Below are positions 8,502 to 18,424 of a stretch of 64,000 nucleotides of DNA, piece after piece. The notes beneath the pieces were generated by a model. It ran no database searches and was not told where the DNA came from. It saw only the letters and a list, made by a program, of their open reading frames with translations. Source of the DNA: a virus; the IMG/VR virus record IMGVR_UViG_3300025853_000068, positions 2,882 through 66,881 of that record; one strand, 5' to 3'. Positions within the stretch are counted from its first letter, which is position 1. Every line of letters starts with the position of its first letter. The position numbers and the translations under genes are program-made.

Positions 8502-11500
8502 TTAATCCCAATTTTGTCCTGTTATGCTAGAGCTAAAGTCTTTTACTACAGCTCTTACTGGTTGTGGAGCTAACTCTCCAGGGTTGCTATGTGTTATAGT
8601 AGCTTCACCTATACCTTGTACAGTAAACTCTTTTTCGTCTAGGTTGTTAAAATCTGTGCAAGCTCCTCTTATATAATTAAACCATTTACCTTCTTTGTTT
8701 AAAAACTCTGGAACTTTACCATCTTGAAGATCAGTGTTAGCGTACTCAACGTACCAACCTTCTTTTGAATTTAAGTTATAATATTGATCGTCATCTACAT
8801 GTCTATTTATTCTAGCTTGTGTGCCTTCGTACTTTATAGTTTGAAAGTTTTTAACAGAGCTAGGAGCATCGTTAAATAACACTTCAACATAAGAAGGAAT
8901 AAATGAACTACCATAAAAAGTATTTCTACTATTGTTTATGTGGTGCTTCCATATTGAGCCATTATCAAAAGTGTAATAATCATTATTAACGCCTACACCT
9001 GTTTCAGGGTGAAAACTTTTAAAGCTAGTCCAACCTTTAACTTGCTCGTTATATGTTACTGTTGTAGCTGGAAAATTACTAGCTAAAAAACCGTTAGGAT
9101 AACCTTTTCGCTGCGTAGGCTTTTCATACATTGTTAGATTATAGTTATCTTTTCTTTGATCAAAAGTACCTATAAGCCTAAAGTTTTTTATAGTATTAAA
9201 TGTATCTGTAAAGTAATCTTTCATACCATAGTCTGATATAGGTGTCATGCCGTCTTTTGATAGTCTAAGCACCGCGCCTCTTTGCGTGTCAGTAAAGTAA
9301 CATCTGTATTTATCTGCCGCAAAAGACTCAGGGTTAGTAGATATACCGTAGTCTCCAGCAAAAGCTATAGCTTGACCAAGAACTCTATTAGCAGCTGTAA
9401 GTTGAGCGTTACCGCCAGATTCAAACAAAGCATCTTTATCAGATAAAACTTTTAATACTTTATCTTCGCAGAAAGTTACTATGTCAGTGTCTCTTGTAAA
9501 TAGCTTCTGTATGCTTCCGTTATCGGGATCAAGATCTTTTGTTATTGGCTCAGCCTGTATAAACTGATTAAGTCTATTAACGCCAGACAGACTATTGAAT
9601 ATACCTGAAAATATAAAGCTTTGCGATCTTCTTTCTTCTTTATACTGCTCTGCTATAGTAGTCGATGCTTTAACACCGTTTTGTATTGTTGGTTGGTTAA
9701 AGTCATCTCTAATTCTATCTGACTCTATACCATTACCAAAAGAGTAGCAGTTGTGCCAAGGTAGCGTTATAGAATTCCAAGAGGCATGGAACCTAGGATT
9801 AACCCTTATAGTAGATCCAACCGAAGCTTGTGTTGCAACTAGCGTTACTTCACCACCATACCCGTCTTCAAAAAGAAGCGTATCTCCAGACGCGACCGCT
9901 TGTGCGCTTTGTACTTCTACCTCAACAAATCCCCCTCCAGCATATTCTCCTCTCATTGCGGTAACTAATGATGGTTGTATAGAAGTATTATCTATAGCTA
10001 TTAGAGAACCAAAGTTAGGTAGTATTGCAGTCTCTGCGTTAGTCTCATCTATAACAATAGGGTACGCTCTGCTTATCTCGTAGTATATATCTAAGCCAAT
10101 ATCTTCTTTAGGTTTTGTTTCCCAAACGGCTGGGTTTTCACTTGAAAAACCTTCGCCATCATCGAAAGGACCCATTATCTGCAAGTTGGTAGTGCTGCTA
10201 CCATCATGATTAGCGTTTCTTCTAGCGTTGTATATAGTTCTGTCTGCTACTATAGTCCACTTTTGTCTTCTGTTCCAAGACTCCCAATAGTCGCTGTCAC
10301 CTAAATGTAAATCACTTTTCTGAGCGTTGGTTATTCCCCAATGGCTATATGAAGTTACTGTCTCATGTATTGTCTGATCTGGATCATCTTGCCACTTCCA
10401 CTTACAACCTGGTAAAAGTAAAAGTCTCATGAACTCATATTCGTCTGTATTACTACCTTTTCTTAAATGAACAGGATTCATAAAATCCATTCTTGCAGGG
10501 GTTAAATCATCTTTCCAGTCTCCTGTTGGACCAAACTCATCATCTGGACCTATAAACCCACCAGTAACAGATATATCCATTCTGTTACCCCATATACCTC
10601 TAGATCCGTTTTGATAACCGTTAGCACTACCGTTCCAAGGTGCTATTTCTAAAGCGCCGTTTAGACCTCCTGCCAGCGTAATTTGTTGATCAGGAGCGGT
10701 GTGCCAATCTTCAAAGTCTTGAGGGTTGAGACCGTCTTCTATAGTATGCGGGTCATGAGCCCAGCTCAAAGCCCAAGCATCATCAATAAATAGCGTAGCT
10801 TGACCACCTCTTGTAAAGTAATTGTTCCAAAACTGAAAAGCTCTGTTGTCGTTAATAAAGTCTGCTGCCGCAAATCCAGCTTGAGCTGCTAGATAAATTG
10901 GAAGAAGCAAAAGCTCCCACCATTGTGGGGCGCCTCCAGCATCAACAGATCCTGCTGTACCTTTGTATATACCCCAGTCACCACCGTTAGATGCTAAGAA
11001 AAAATCTCCTAGCGGAGCATTTTGGTTATTCACGTACGTATACGGTGGACTATCGTTGTTAGGTTGATTAGACACCTCTGATAAGTTGCCTGGTATTGGC
11101 AAAGTAGCGTTAGTGTTGTCTCCCCAAGTGTAGCTAGAGTTGTATGGGTGAACATGATTTAATCCAGCTATTGATCTAACGTAGCCGTTATTTGTGTTGC
11201 CAAATATAGAAAAAGGAAAGCTTCCTCCACCATACCCAGCGCCTTGGTTATTTGTGTTGAGAACACCACCGCTTCCACCGGTTTGCTCGTCATAAGTATG
11301 AAGATAACGCATGCCATACGCTGTAACAACAACAAGGTTATCATCGTTTAAAACCATAATAAAGTTTTCTAACGTAGTATCTTTAAAAACTTTAACAAAA
11401 AACTTACCGTCAAACTCTGGCTTATCAATATACTCGTTGCGTACGATTTGTAATTGTAATCCAGGGTTTCTATTTGCCCAACTTGAACCACACACTGAAT

Positions 11501-14204
11501 TAACCTCAGGTCCTAATCGTTCTTCTAAATTTATTCTATACCCGTCATTTCCACCGCCACCAAAGAAGTTACCTAGTTCTATACTAATTATATCGTAATA
11601 CTGAGTGGCTAAACCTGTTATAGTTCTAAACCTAACAGAGCACTCTGATGCTATAGCGGTCACGGGGTTGTTAGAAGTAGTATCAAAAGCTGTATCAAAC
11701 TGATTCATTCTTACGTAAAAAAACACTTCGTTTTGTCCCGGAAAGCCTATACCAGTACCTGTTTGTCCAAAAAAGTCGTCTAAAGTAGTTGTTCCAGCGG
11801 TAGTGGTAGATCCATTTAATAATGTTCCTTGTACTTTTCTATCAAGCTTTATATCTTGAGGAGCTTCGTTTTCAATGGCTAGTATTTTATATCTAGCAGG
11901 CTCTACTATAGGGGTTGGCCCGTCGTGCTCTTTCTTTAATTCTAAAAATGTTTCTTCATCTACTTTATTTCTATCTGATGAAGGAAAAGAAATCCACAGG
12001 TTGCCATCTTCAGCATTGTACCAGCGGTCCATCGCTAAATTGTAGTATTCGTTAGAAGTTTCTTTAATAAAAAACTTAAATGACTTAGCCCAGGTAGGAG
12101 CGTTATTATTAATAGAAGTTACAAAACTATTAGAGTTAGCGCAGAACTCTTTTGAAACTGTTATTGAACCTCCTTGCTTATCTGCTAATACTGGTGTTTC
12201 TCTACCAAACTCATCTTTATAAACAACACCTAGCTGGTAAGTTCTTTGTGTTTTTATAGATTTAGTAGGTATCTCTACCGCTAAGCTTTGATCTACATAA
12301 GACAGAGATTTTACTTTAAGACCAGCTTCTGGGCTAATGAGCTTGTTGGAAGAATCTAATAAATTGTAATTTTGTAAGTAGTTAGCATATATAAGTCTAT
12401 TAGCAGAAACCTCTTGAGCTTTAGCTTTTCTAGGCACATTATCCCAAGGGCGTAGCAATTGATTTGCTGGAACTACAGCGTGTATTAACTCTGATTCTAT
12501 GCGTAAGCTACCTCTCTCTTGAAAGTCGCTACCATCAGCTAAAACAGCATATCCAGAAAAAGGATCAGACGTAGGCCACAGTGGAGCTCCGTCTTCTAGC
12601 TTTATAGTTTTAACAGTATAAACTGTTGTTGATTTGTCTTCTTTGTAAAGTACATCAATTTCAGTTATATCCTTAGGTCTATGACTAGGTAAAGGCGCGT
12701 AGTTTTCTACGTATAAACTTCTTAATCTATTAGCCATACCTTGATTGTAACCTTCTTTAGGATAATAATCAAAAGGCCCTGGAAGAAAAGCTACTTCAGA
12801 AAAAGGCGCAAAAGGAGAGTACTGACCGTCTACATACTTGTATCTGTATGAAAATCTAGGAAACTTAAACTCAAACAAAGCATCTTCTTGTTCTAGTATA
12901 ACGTAAAAGCTACCTACATTTTCCAAGTCATTACTTATTGACATTATTTGTATGTCATAAGATACTTGCCCTGAAGGTAAAATAGATGTGTTAAATATTT
13001 GAGCTCTAATGTCAAAGTCTGTAAAAGCCGTTGGATCTTGACTCAACTCAGATGTCATTAATATAAAATCTCCTTCAAAGTAAGATACGTCGTCGTCAAA
13101 AGTAACATTACTTATTATAGTGCCAGTGCCAACTACGTTAGTTGGAAACTGTACAGATGCAGCGCCAAAAGGACCTATTGGTGTAACAAAAGGATTGTTT
13201 TGATTAAAAGTGTTACCACCACCTACGTTTACAATGTTTACGCCTGGATTAAATTGAGTTGCTACTGGTAAAGGTCTATCATCATTAGTAGAAGACATCC
13301 TTAACGTTGGTGGGGTTAAAGGACTTTTTCTTATAGTAGTATTATTTTCTAATTCAGAATATACTGGAACATCAATATTTATTTGATCAAAATATTTTAC
13401 TATTTCAAGTCCATCATTAATAAAAGATCCATCGATTTTTTTACTAACTAGCCTAGTGTGATGCTCAGAAGAGTTTCCAGCGCCAGCTGTATTTAAAATG
13501 TCGTCATCAGAACCTGTTCCAAGTATAGATCTTTTTATGTTTATAGTTTTAGGCTCACTTACATCATCAGTATACATCAACAAGTCTTCAACAATGTTTA
13601 TAGCTGTAATATCTGTAAATTTGTTAAACCCTAAAACACTTGTGTTAGCTATTGTTTGTTGACCTAAAGCTATAGACGCGTTGTTAACACCGTGTAGCAA
13701 GTCGTTACCAACAACATTTTTTATTTCATAACCACTAACTTTCATGCCAGGTCTAATGCCTGCACTACTAGAAACTTGGACTGCTGGAGCTGGTGTAGCA
13801 AAAACTGGCGCACTCACAGTGTTTGTAGAAACTATATTTGTTGTAACTCTATATATATCTACAAAAACAAACGTAAAGTTGTTTTCATCTATATCGTATT
13901 TTACAATATAGTTTTTAGTTATTCTGTTACCGCCAGCATGCGTAAATTCATTACCAGCTACTAAATAGTATATGCAGTTAACTTCGTTGTCTACTATAGA
14001 TCCAACACAGTAACCACCTTCTGGTATTAAGTTTGTAGATAGTTCTACGTTACCTAATATATTTTCTAGTGAACCTACGTTACTACCATCTGAGGTAGAA
14101 ACCTGTATGTTCATGGCGTCTCTATATTGACCAGCTGGAACAAGGCGCTCATCAAGGTCCTTGTTCATTTTACCTTGTGCAAAATTTCTATTAAATTCTG
14201 GCAT
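8502..14204 (-). CDS. Tail stabilization / muzzle (nozzle) protein
   Basis: 1900 aa; N-terminus GKMNKDLDERLVPAGQYRDAMNI and C-terminal YGISTNPESFA / YFTD..RGAVLRLS / KEGKWFNYI resemble crAss-like/Bacteroidota podophage stabilization proteins. Confidence 0.8.
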   Translation of the reverse strand: MPEFNRNFAQGKMNKDLDERLVPAGQYRDAMNIQVSTSDGSNVGSLENILGNVELSTNLIPEGGYCVGSIVDNEVNCIYYLVAGNEFTHAGGNRITKNYIVKYDIDENNFTFVFVDIYRVTTNIVSTNTVSAPVFATPAPAVQVSSSAGIRPGMKVSGYEIKNVVGNDLLHGVNNASIALGQQTIANTSVLGFNKFTDITAINIVEDLLMYTDDVSEPKTINIKRSILGTGSDDDILNTAGAGNSSEHHTRLVSKKIDGSFINDGLEIVKYFDQINIDVPVYSELENNTTIRKSPLTPPTLRMSSTNDDRPLPVATQFNPGVNIVNVGGGNTFNQNNPFVTPIGPFGAASVQFPTNVVGTGTIISNVTFDDDVSYFEGDFILMTSELSQDPTAFTDFDIRAQIFNTSILPSGQVSYDIQIMSISNDLENVGSFYVILEQEDALFEFKFPRFSYRYKYVDGQYSPFAPFSEVAFLPGPFDYYPKEGYNQGMANRLRSLYVENYAPLPSHRPKDITEIDVLYKEDKSTTVYTVKTIKLEDGAPLWPTSDPFSGYAVLADGSDFQERGSLRIESELIHAVVPANQLLRPWDNVPRKAKAQEVSANRLIYANYLQNYNLLDSSNKLISPEAGLKVKSLSYVDQSLAVEIPTKSIKTQRTYQLGVVYKDEFGRETPVLADKQGGSITVSKEFCANSNSFVTSINNNAPTWAKSFKFFIKETSNEYYNLAMDRWYNAEDGNLWISFPSSDRNKVDEETFLELKKEHDGPTPIVEPARYKILAIENEAPQDIKLDRKVQGTLLNGSTTTAGTTTLDDFFGQTGTGIGFPGQNEVFFYVRMNQFDTAFDTTSNNPVTAIASECSVRFRTITGLATQYYDIISIELGNFFGGGGNDGYRINLEERLGPEVNSVCGSSWANRNPGLQLQIVRNEYIDKPEFDGKFFVKVFKDTTLENFIMVLNDDNLVVVTAYGMRYLHTYDEQTGGSGGVLNTNNQGAGYGGGSFPFSIFGNTNNGYVRSIAGLNHVHPYNSSYTWGDNTNATLPIPGNLSEVSNQPNNDSPPYTYVNNQNAPLGDFFLASNGGDWGIYKGTAGSVDAGGAPQWWELLLLPIYLAAQAGFAAADFINDNRAFQFWNNYFTRGGQATLFIDDAWALSWAHDPHTIEDGLNPQDFEDWHTAPDQQITLAGGLNGALEIAPWNGSANGYQNGSRGIWGNRMDISVTGGFIGPDDEFGPTGDWKDDLTPARMDFMNPVHLRKGSNTDEYEFMRLLLLPGCKWKWQDDPDQTIHETVTSYSHWGITNAQKSDLHLGDSDYWESWNRRQKWTIVADRTIYNARRNANHDGSSTTNLQIMGPFDDGEGFSSENPAVWETKPKEDIGLDIYYEISRAYPIVIDETNAETAILPNFGSLIAIDNTSIQPSLVTAMRGEYAGGGFVEVEVQSAQAVASGDTLLFEDGYGGEVTLVATQASVGSTIRVNPRFHASWNSITLPWHNCYSFGNGIESDRIRDDFNQPTIQNGVKASTTIAEQYKEERRSQSFIFSGIFNSLSGVNRLNQFIQAEPITKDLDPDNGSIQKLFTRDTDIVTFCEDKVLKVLSDKDALFESGGNAQLTAANRVLGQAIAFAGDYGISTNPESFAADKYRCYFTDTQRGAVLRLSKDGMTPISDYGMKDYFTDTFNTIKNFRLIGTFDQRKDNYNLTMYEKPTQRKGYPNGFLASNFPATTVTYNEQVKGWTSFKSFHPETGVGVNNDYYTFDNGSIWKHHINNSRNTFYGSSFIPSYVEVLFNDAPSSVKNFQTIKYEGTQARINRHVDDDQYYNLNSKEGWYVEYANTDLQDGKVPEFLNKEGKWFNYIRGACTDFNNLDEKEFTVQGIGEATITHSNPGELAPQPVRAVVKDFSSSITGQNWD

Positions 14205-14207
14205 ATC

Positions 14208-15149
14208 TTATTTTATCCATTTAGATTTGTTTCTCATCACCTGCATAAACTCTGTTATCTTGTAGTTAGATAATCTTAGTTTAGCTTTTCTAAGTTCAGC
14301 AAATCTTTCTTTTTTTAACATTTGTATTGTTGCAGGACTATAGTTTGATCCTGTTGAAACTATGTAGTATGCTACACACTTATACCAAGCTTCTTCAGCA
14401 AACTTATGTATAACGCTATCTTTTATTTTGTCAGGTTCACCAGAGTCGTTACCTGTTCCGTCTGTAACATAGTCTAATATTATGTTTGATCCAACTAATC
14501 CTGAACCAAAGTACAATCTTCCTCTAGCGTGGTCAAAGTAGTAGCTACCATTTATCTGCGCATGCTCAGGTGATAATCCATATCTTTGGCCTAAAGCAAA
14601 CTCAGAGTGACCATCGTTGTAGTTAAAGTCAGCTACTTGATCTTCGTGGCTTGCTGTAGTTTGAAAGTTAGGCGTGATAACATTGTCGTCCTCTGGTATC
14701 TGTTGAGGAAACGGTCTACCTAAAGCATCTATACCGTTTACATCCCACCACAAATCATTTTCTTTTGGATCATCTGTTTTAGTTGCTGGCCTGTAAGGAT
14801 TTTGAGTTTCTCTAACAGGATATAGTGGATGCTTAATACCAGAGCCGTCGCTGTAGAAAACATTTGTATAACCTACAAAGTCATGAGGTAAAGGTATGTA
14901 CATTCTATTATCTAGTGTAAACTCCCAAGTCTTTTTAGATCTTAGAATATCGTAGTTCATTTCTTGCATAGCTCTACGGCCAAAAAAGAAAACGTCAGAT
15001 CTATCTACTTTAGATATTATTTTATTTTCACCAACGTACATGGCTAAGAACGTATTAACCAAAGCTGATAAGTTTTGATACTGAAATGTTCCGTAATTAG
15101 CCGGATTATTGTAGTAGTTAGCTACCTGTTGTGGAGTGTGTTGTGCCAT
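14208..15149 (-). CDS. Tail ring / tubular (head-tail connector) protein
   Basis: LPHDFVGY motif and position before muzzle gene. Confidence 0.65.
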   Translation of the reverse strand: MAQHTPQQVANYYNNPANYGTFQYQNLSALVNTFLAMYVGENKIISKVDRSDVFFFGRRAMQEMNYDILRSKKTWEFTLDNRMYIPLPHDFVGYTNVFYSDGSGIKHPLYPVRETQNPYRPATKTDDPKENDLWWDVNGIDALGRPFPQQIPEDDNVITPNFQTTASHEDQVADFNYNDGHSEFALGQRYGLSPEHAQINGSYYFDHARGRLYFGSGLVGSNIILDYVTDGTGNDSGEPDKIKDSVIHKFAEEAWYKCVAYYIVSTGSNYSPATIQMLKKERFAELRKAKLRLSNYKITEFMQVMRNKSKWIK

Positions 15150-15949
15150 TATGATTTTTCATTATTGCTTTGCTCTACAACTTCAGCTTTAGCTAAACTT
15201 GCTAGACCAGGTTTGTTAATAGTTATACCACCTAGTTGTAGTATTCTATATACTAAGTTAGTTTCTTCAGACGGATGTAGATCAAAGTTTGTAGCTCCGT
15301 TAGCGTTGTATAAAGCTTTTTCGTTTACAACAACATAATCCCAATTAACTTTTTTAGGAGTTCGTATAAAACCTATCTGTATAACACCTCCAAAAAGTCC
15401 AGACTGATTGTAACATCTAATAAAGTTATCTGATCCTGAATTATAAACACCCGAAGGAGGAGTTGTAACTCCCGCTGCGGTAGGACCAAAAGATCTAATA
15501 TATACTGGAGATCCATTATGAACTTGAGCGGCATAAACACTTCTTAATTGATCGTCGTATTTTTGAGCTGTAGTTTGTTGAGCCGTTGCGTTGTTAAACT
15601 CTACTCGAGTCAGCCTATACATTGTCTCGTCGTTAGGCAATATATGACCATACGTACTGCCGGCGATAGGCTGCCCTGTTTCTGGATCTATTACAACGGC
15701 TGCAGCTACAGAGTGGTTGTGAACTTGAAACCTACTTATTTTGTCTTCTATGTAGTCTACAGAATCTGAAAAGTTTGATTGATTTCCAGGATTTCTAAGA
15801 TATTGATTCAAGTGATGAAAATACTCTTCAAATATTTCCATCTGAGCTTGATTTGCAAACAGGTTGTATTCCTGTGGAGTTATGTAACCTCGTTGCTCTT
15901 TATTTGCTAATGCTAGTACACGTTGATATACTGTATCTACACTTACCAT
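15149..15949 (-). CDS. Tail ring / tubular protein
   Basis: VDTVYQRVLALANKEQRGYITPQEYNLFANQAQ N-terminus; LHPSEE near C-terminus. Confidence 0.65.
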   Translation of the reverse strand: MVSVDTVYQRVLALANKEQRGYITPQEYNLFANQAQMEIFEEYFHHLNQYLRNPGNQSNFSDSVDYIEDKISRFQVHNHSVAAAVVIDPETGQPIAGSTYGHILPNDETMYRLTRVEFNNATAQQTTAQKYDDQLRSVYAAQVHNGSPVYIRSFGPTAAGVTTPPSGVYNSGSDNFIRCYNQSGLFGGVIQIGFIRTPKKVNWDYVVVNEKALYNANGATNFDLHPSEETNLVYRILQLGGITINKPGLASLAKAEVVEQSNNEKS

Positions 15950-15969
15950 TTAATTATCTTTTATAGTTA

Positions 15970-15995
15970 AGTAACCACCCCGAAGAGTGGTTACT
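15970..15995 (-). terminator. Intergenic cUUCGg hairpin (terminator or mRNA-stabilising stem)
   Basis: Minus strand AGTAACCACTC-TTCG-GGGTGGTTACT; weak U-tract. Confidence 0.55.
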
Positions 15996-16009
15996 CTTCT
16001 ATAAAGTAA

Positions 16010-16834
16010 TTACATACTTAGTTGCTTTTCTATATTAGAATACACTTCCATACCTTCGTCTGTTTTAAACCAAGCGGCTAAAGCAGAATACGGATGCTCA
16101 TCAAAAGGAATAGTCATTAGTTTTCTATCATTTGATCCCCAATTAAAATTTCTTTGATCAGTTGATAGTTTTATAATTCCTAGTTCAGTAGCTTTAATAC
16201 CAAAGTTTCTAAGCTCTACGTTTTCATCTTGAACTAGCTCTAAGAACAAACCTGGGTTTCTTCTTGCAAATACTAGACAATCTCGTTTTAACTCCTTAGA
16301 ACTCATCTCTGATACCTTAGAACCTAATTCTACTCGCATTATGGCTTCCATCTTGTCAATGTCTAGTGTTCTAGCTAAAACTAAAGCGTCAGCTTCCATT
16401 TCTAAGTAGTCTAGCTCAGTAGCTGCTATTTCTACAGGCTTGTGCTCGTAAAAAAGTTTATCACGCATTGGGTGATATAGAGATAATAGCTTTTGTAAAG
16501 TTGCTTTTTCTCTTGGAACGTATAGCGCTCCATTTCTAAATATAATGTGAGCTAGCCTTTGATCGCCTTGCATTTCGTCTACGAAAACAGTTCTTTGATT
16601 TTCACAATATTTTAACTCTCTTTCGTACCCTAATTTTTCGTCAAAGTAATATATACCTGAAGACTTCATTGAATAAGATAAAGCTGATCTATTTTGTTTT
16701 AAATAATAAACTCTATCTTTTATTTCCCAAGTAGGTTTTTTAGGTTGCGGCTTAACAGCCACTTCTACCGTTTCATTTGTAGCTTTAATTTCTGGCTGTG
16801 CTACCTCAGCTTTTTTTGTTTGCTTTTTTGCCAT
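16010..16834 (-). CDS. Conserved phage protein downstream of major capsid gene
   Basis: 274 aa ORF with phage-like codon usage; function not recognised. Confidence 0.7.
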   Translation of the reverse strand: MAKKQTKKAEVAQPEIKATNETVEVAVKPQPKKPTWEIKDRVYYLKQNRSALSYSMKSSGIYYFDEKLGYERELKYCENQRTVFVDEMQGDQRLAHIIFRNGALYVPREKATLQKLLSLYHPMRDKLFYEHKPVEIAATELDYLEMEADALVLARTLDIDKMEAIMRVELGSKVSEMSSKELKRDCLVFARRNPGLFLELVQDENVELRNFGIKATELGIIKLSTDQRNFNWGSNDRKLMTIPFDEHPYSALAAWFKTDEGMEVYSNIEKQLSM

Positions 16835-16855
16835 GATATAATATAATAAAAAATT

Positions 16856-16886
16856 AAAAAAAAAGATCGGAGCCGAAGCCCCGACC
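16856..16886 (-). terminator. Rho-independent terminator after major capsid gene
   Basis: Minus strand GGTCGGGGC-TTCG-GCTCCGATC followed by T9. Confidence 0.85.
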
Positions 16887-16898
16887 TAATTAATATGC

Positions 16899-18395
16899 TT
16901 ACTTCATTAACATGAAGTTGTTAGCACCTTGAACAACTAAACATCTTTCAGATAGATAGTTCACTTGCATTGCATCAAGATCAGAAGTGATGTTTCCACC
17001 AACAGATCCAGTAATCCAAGTTTTCATTTTTCTATCGTCCATTTGAGAAGCTCTATAACGTACGTGTAAGAACGGACGCTTTAAGTTTCTACCTAATGTT
17101 TGATCGTATACAGTTGATACACCAGCAGGAATAACAACCCCACGGATACCAAAGCCTGCAGCTCTATCGTTGATAGATCCACGAGTAGCTTTGTCGTTTA
17201 AGTATCGCATGTCAGACTTATAGAAGTCGTAAGAACCTCTTCGGAATCCAGAGAAACCTAAGTTCAACGCCATATCTTCGTCGTTGTTAAATACTCCGTA
17301 AGAAGTACCACCAGCACCGTAAGAGTTCATTGAAGCTAACATATCGTCGATAGCTAAGCTAGTCGCACGGTTAACAAATAGCATGTTCTCTTCAATAGCA
17401 CCTTGCTTATCAAACTCTGCTAAGATAGCGTCAAACTCTGCTAAGTCAGTAGCAGCGTTAACACCAGTAACACCAGTAGTAACGTTACCACGAGTCTCAA
17501 TAGCAGCGAATAAACCTTCAGTACCGTAAGACTCACCAGCTCCGTTAAGTAAAGTTTCGTTAACATCGTTAGCAACGTTAGCACCTTTAACAGCTTCCAT
17601 CATAGTCATCTCTAAGTAATCAGTGAAGCGAGAGCGAGTATCGCCTTCAGCTTTTAAATACCATAAGTAACCATTTTGTCCGTCTTCACCAGCGATTTCT
17701 ACCCAACCGATTTGAGATACATCAGATCCGTTGATTTCGTAGTAATCCTTCATGATGATAGGTTTGTTGCTAAAAGATTTGTGTTGTGGCTCTACAGCCT
17801 TAGCACCTTCAGCAGCTGATCCTTGGCCAGCTGTTCCTTTACCAAACTCAGAACCATATACTAATACTGTACAAGCTACAGTACCAACAGAAAATGCAGC
17901 GGCGTCGTCAATGTTTTCCTTTTCGTAAGGCTTAACAGTAACCTTGTCAGCTGTACCAACTAAAGCGTCAGTAACTAAACACTTGATTACACCTTCAGAA
18001 GTAGCAACGATAACTTGATCGTTTAATCTAATACCGTGAGTAGTAGTTAAAGCGTTTCCGTCAATATCTTTTTGGATAGTTAACTCACCAGTTGCAGTGT
18101 TAATTGTACCCGTGTAAGATAAGTGAAGTCTACCTTGCTCTGTCCAAATAACTTGGTCAGAAGTCATAGACTCTTCAGCACCTACTTGAGATAAGAAACC
18201 TGAAATAGTTCTTGGTCCGAACACTTCAGCTTCAGCTTCAATTAGGTCTGGTAAATACTGCTGCGCCCAGTCGTTGCCAGCGCCGCTCGTAAAGTCAATG
18301 TAGTTTGAAGACAATGTAGCTCTCACTGGAGCAGCTACACTATTTAAACTACCTGTAGTCCCGGAATGCCCAGGACCTGGATTTGTAATTGCCAT
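16899..18395 (-). CDS. Major capsid protein
   Basis: 498 aa after portal and scaffold, followed by strong terminator; WAQQYLPDL, WTEQGRLH, LNLGFSGFRRG, LSERCLVVQGANNF motifs. Confidence 0.85.
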   Translation of the reverse strand: MAITNPGPGHSGTTGSLNSVAAPVRATLSSNYIDFTSGAGNDWAQQYLPDLIEAEAEVFGPRTISGFLSQVGAEESMTSDQVIWTEQGRLHLSYTGTINTATGELTIQKDIDGNALTTTHGIRLNDQVIVATSEGVIKCLVTDALVGTADKVTVKPYEKENIDDAAAFSVGTVACTVLVYGSEFGKGTAGQGSAAEGAKAVEPQHKSFSNKPIIMKDYYEINGSDVSQIGWVEIAGEDGQNGYLWYLKAEGDTRSRFTDYLEMTMMEAVKGANVANDVNETLLNGAGESYGTEGLFAAIETRGNVTTGVTGVNAATDLAEFDAILAEFDKQGAIEENMLFVNRATSLAIDDMLASMNSYGAGGTSYGVFNNDEDMALNLGFSGFRRGSYDFYKSDMRYLNDKATRGSINDRAAGFGIRGVVIPAGVSTVYDQTLGRNLKRPFLHVRYRASQMDDRKMKTWITGSVGGNITSDLDAMQVNYLSERCLVVQGANNFMLMK

Positions 18396-18424
18396 TTTTA
18401 ATTAGTTTTAAATGGATTAATAAT

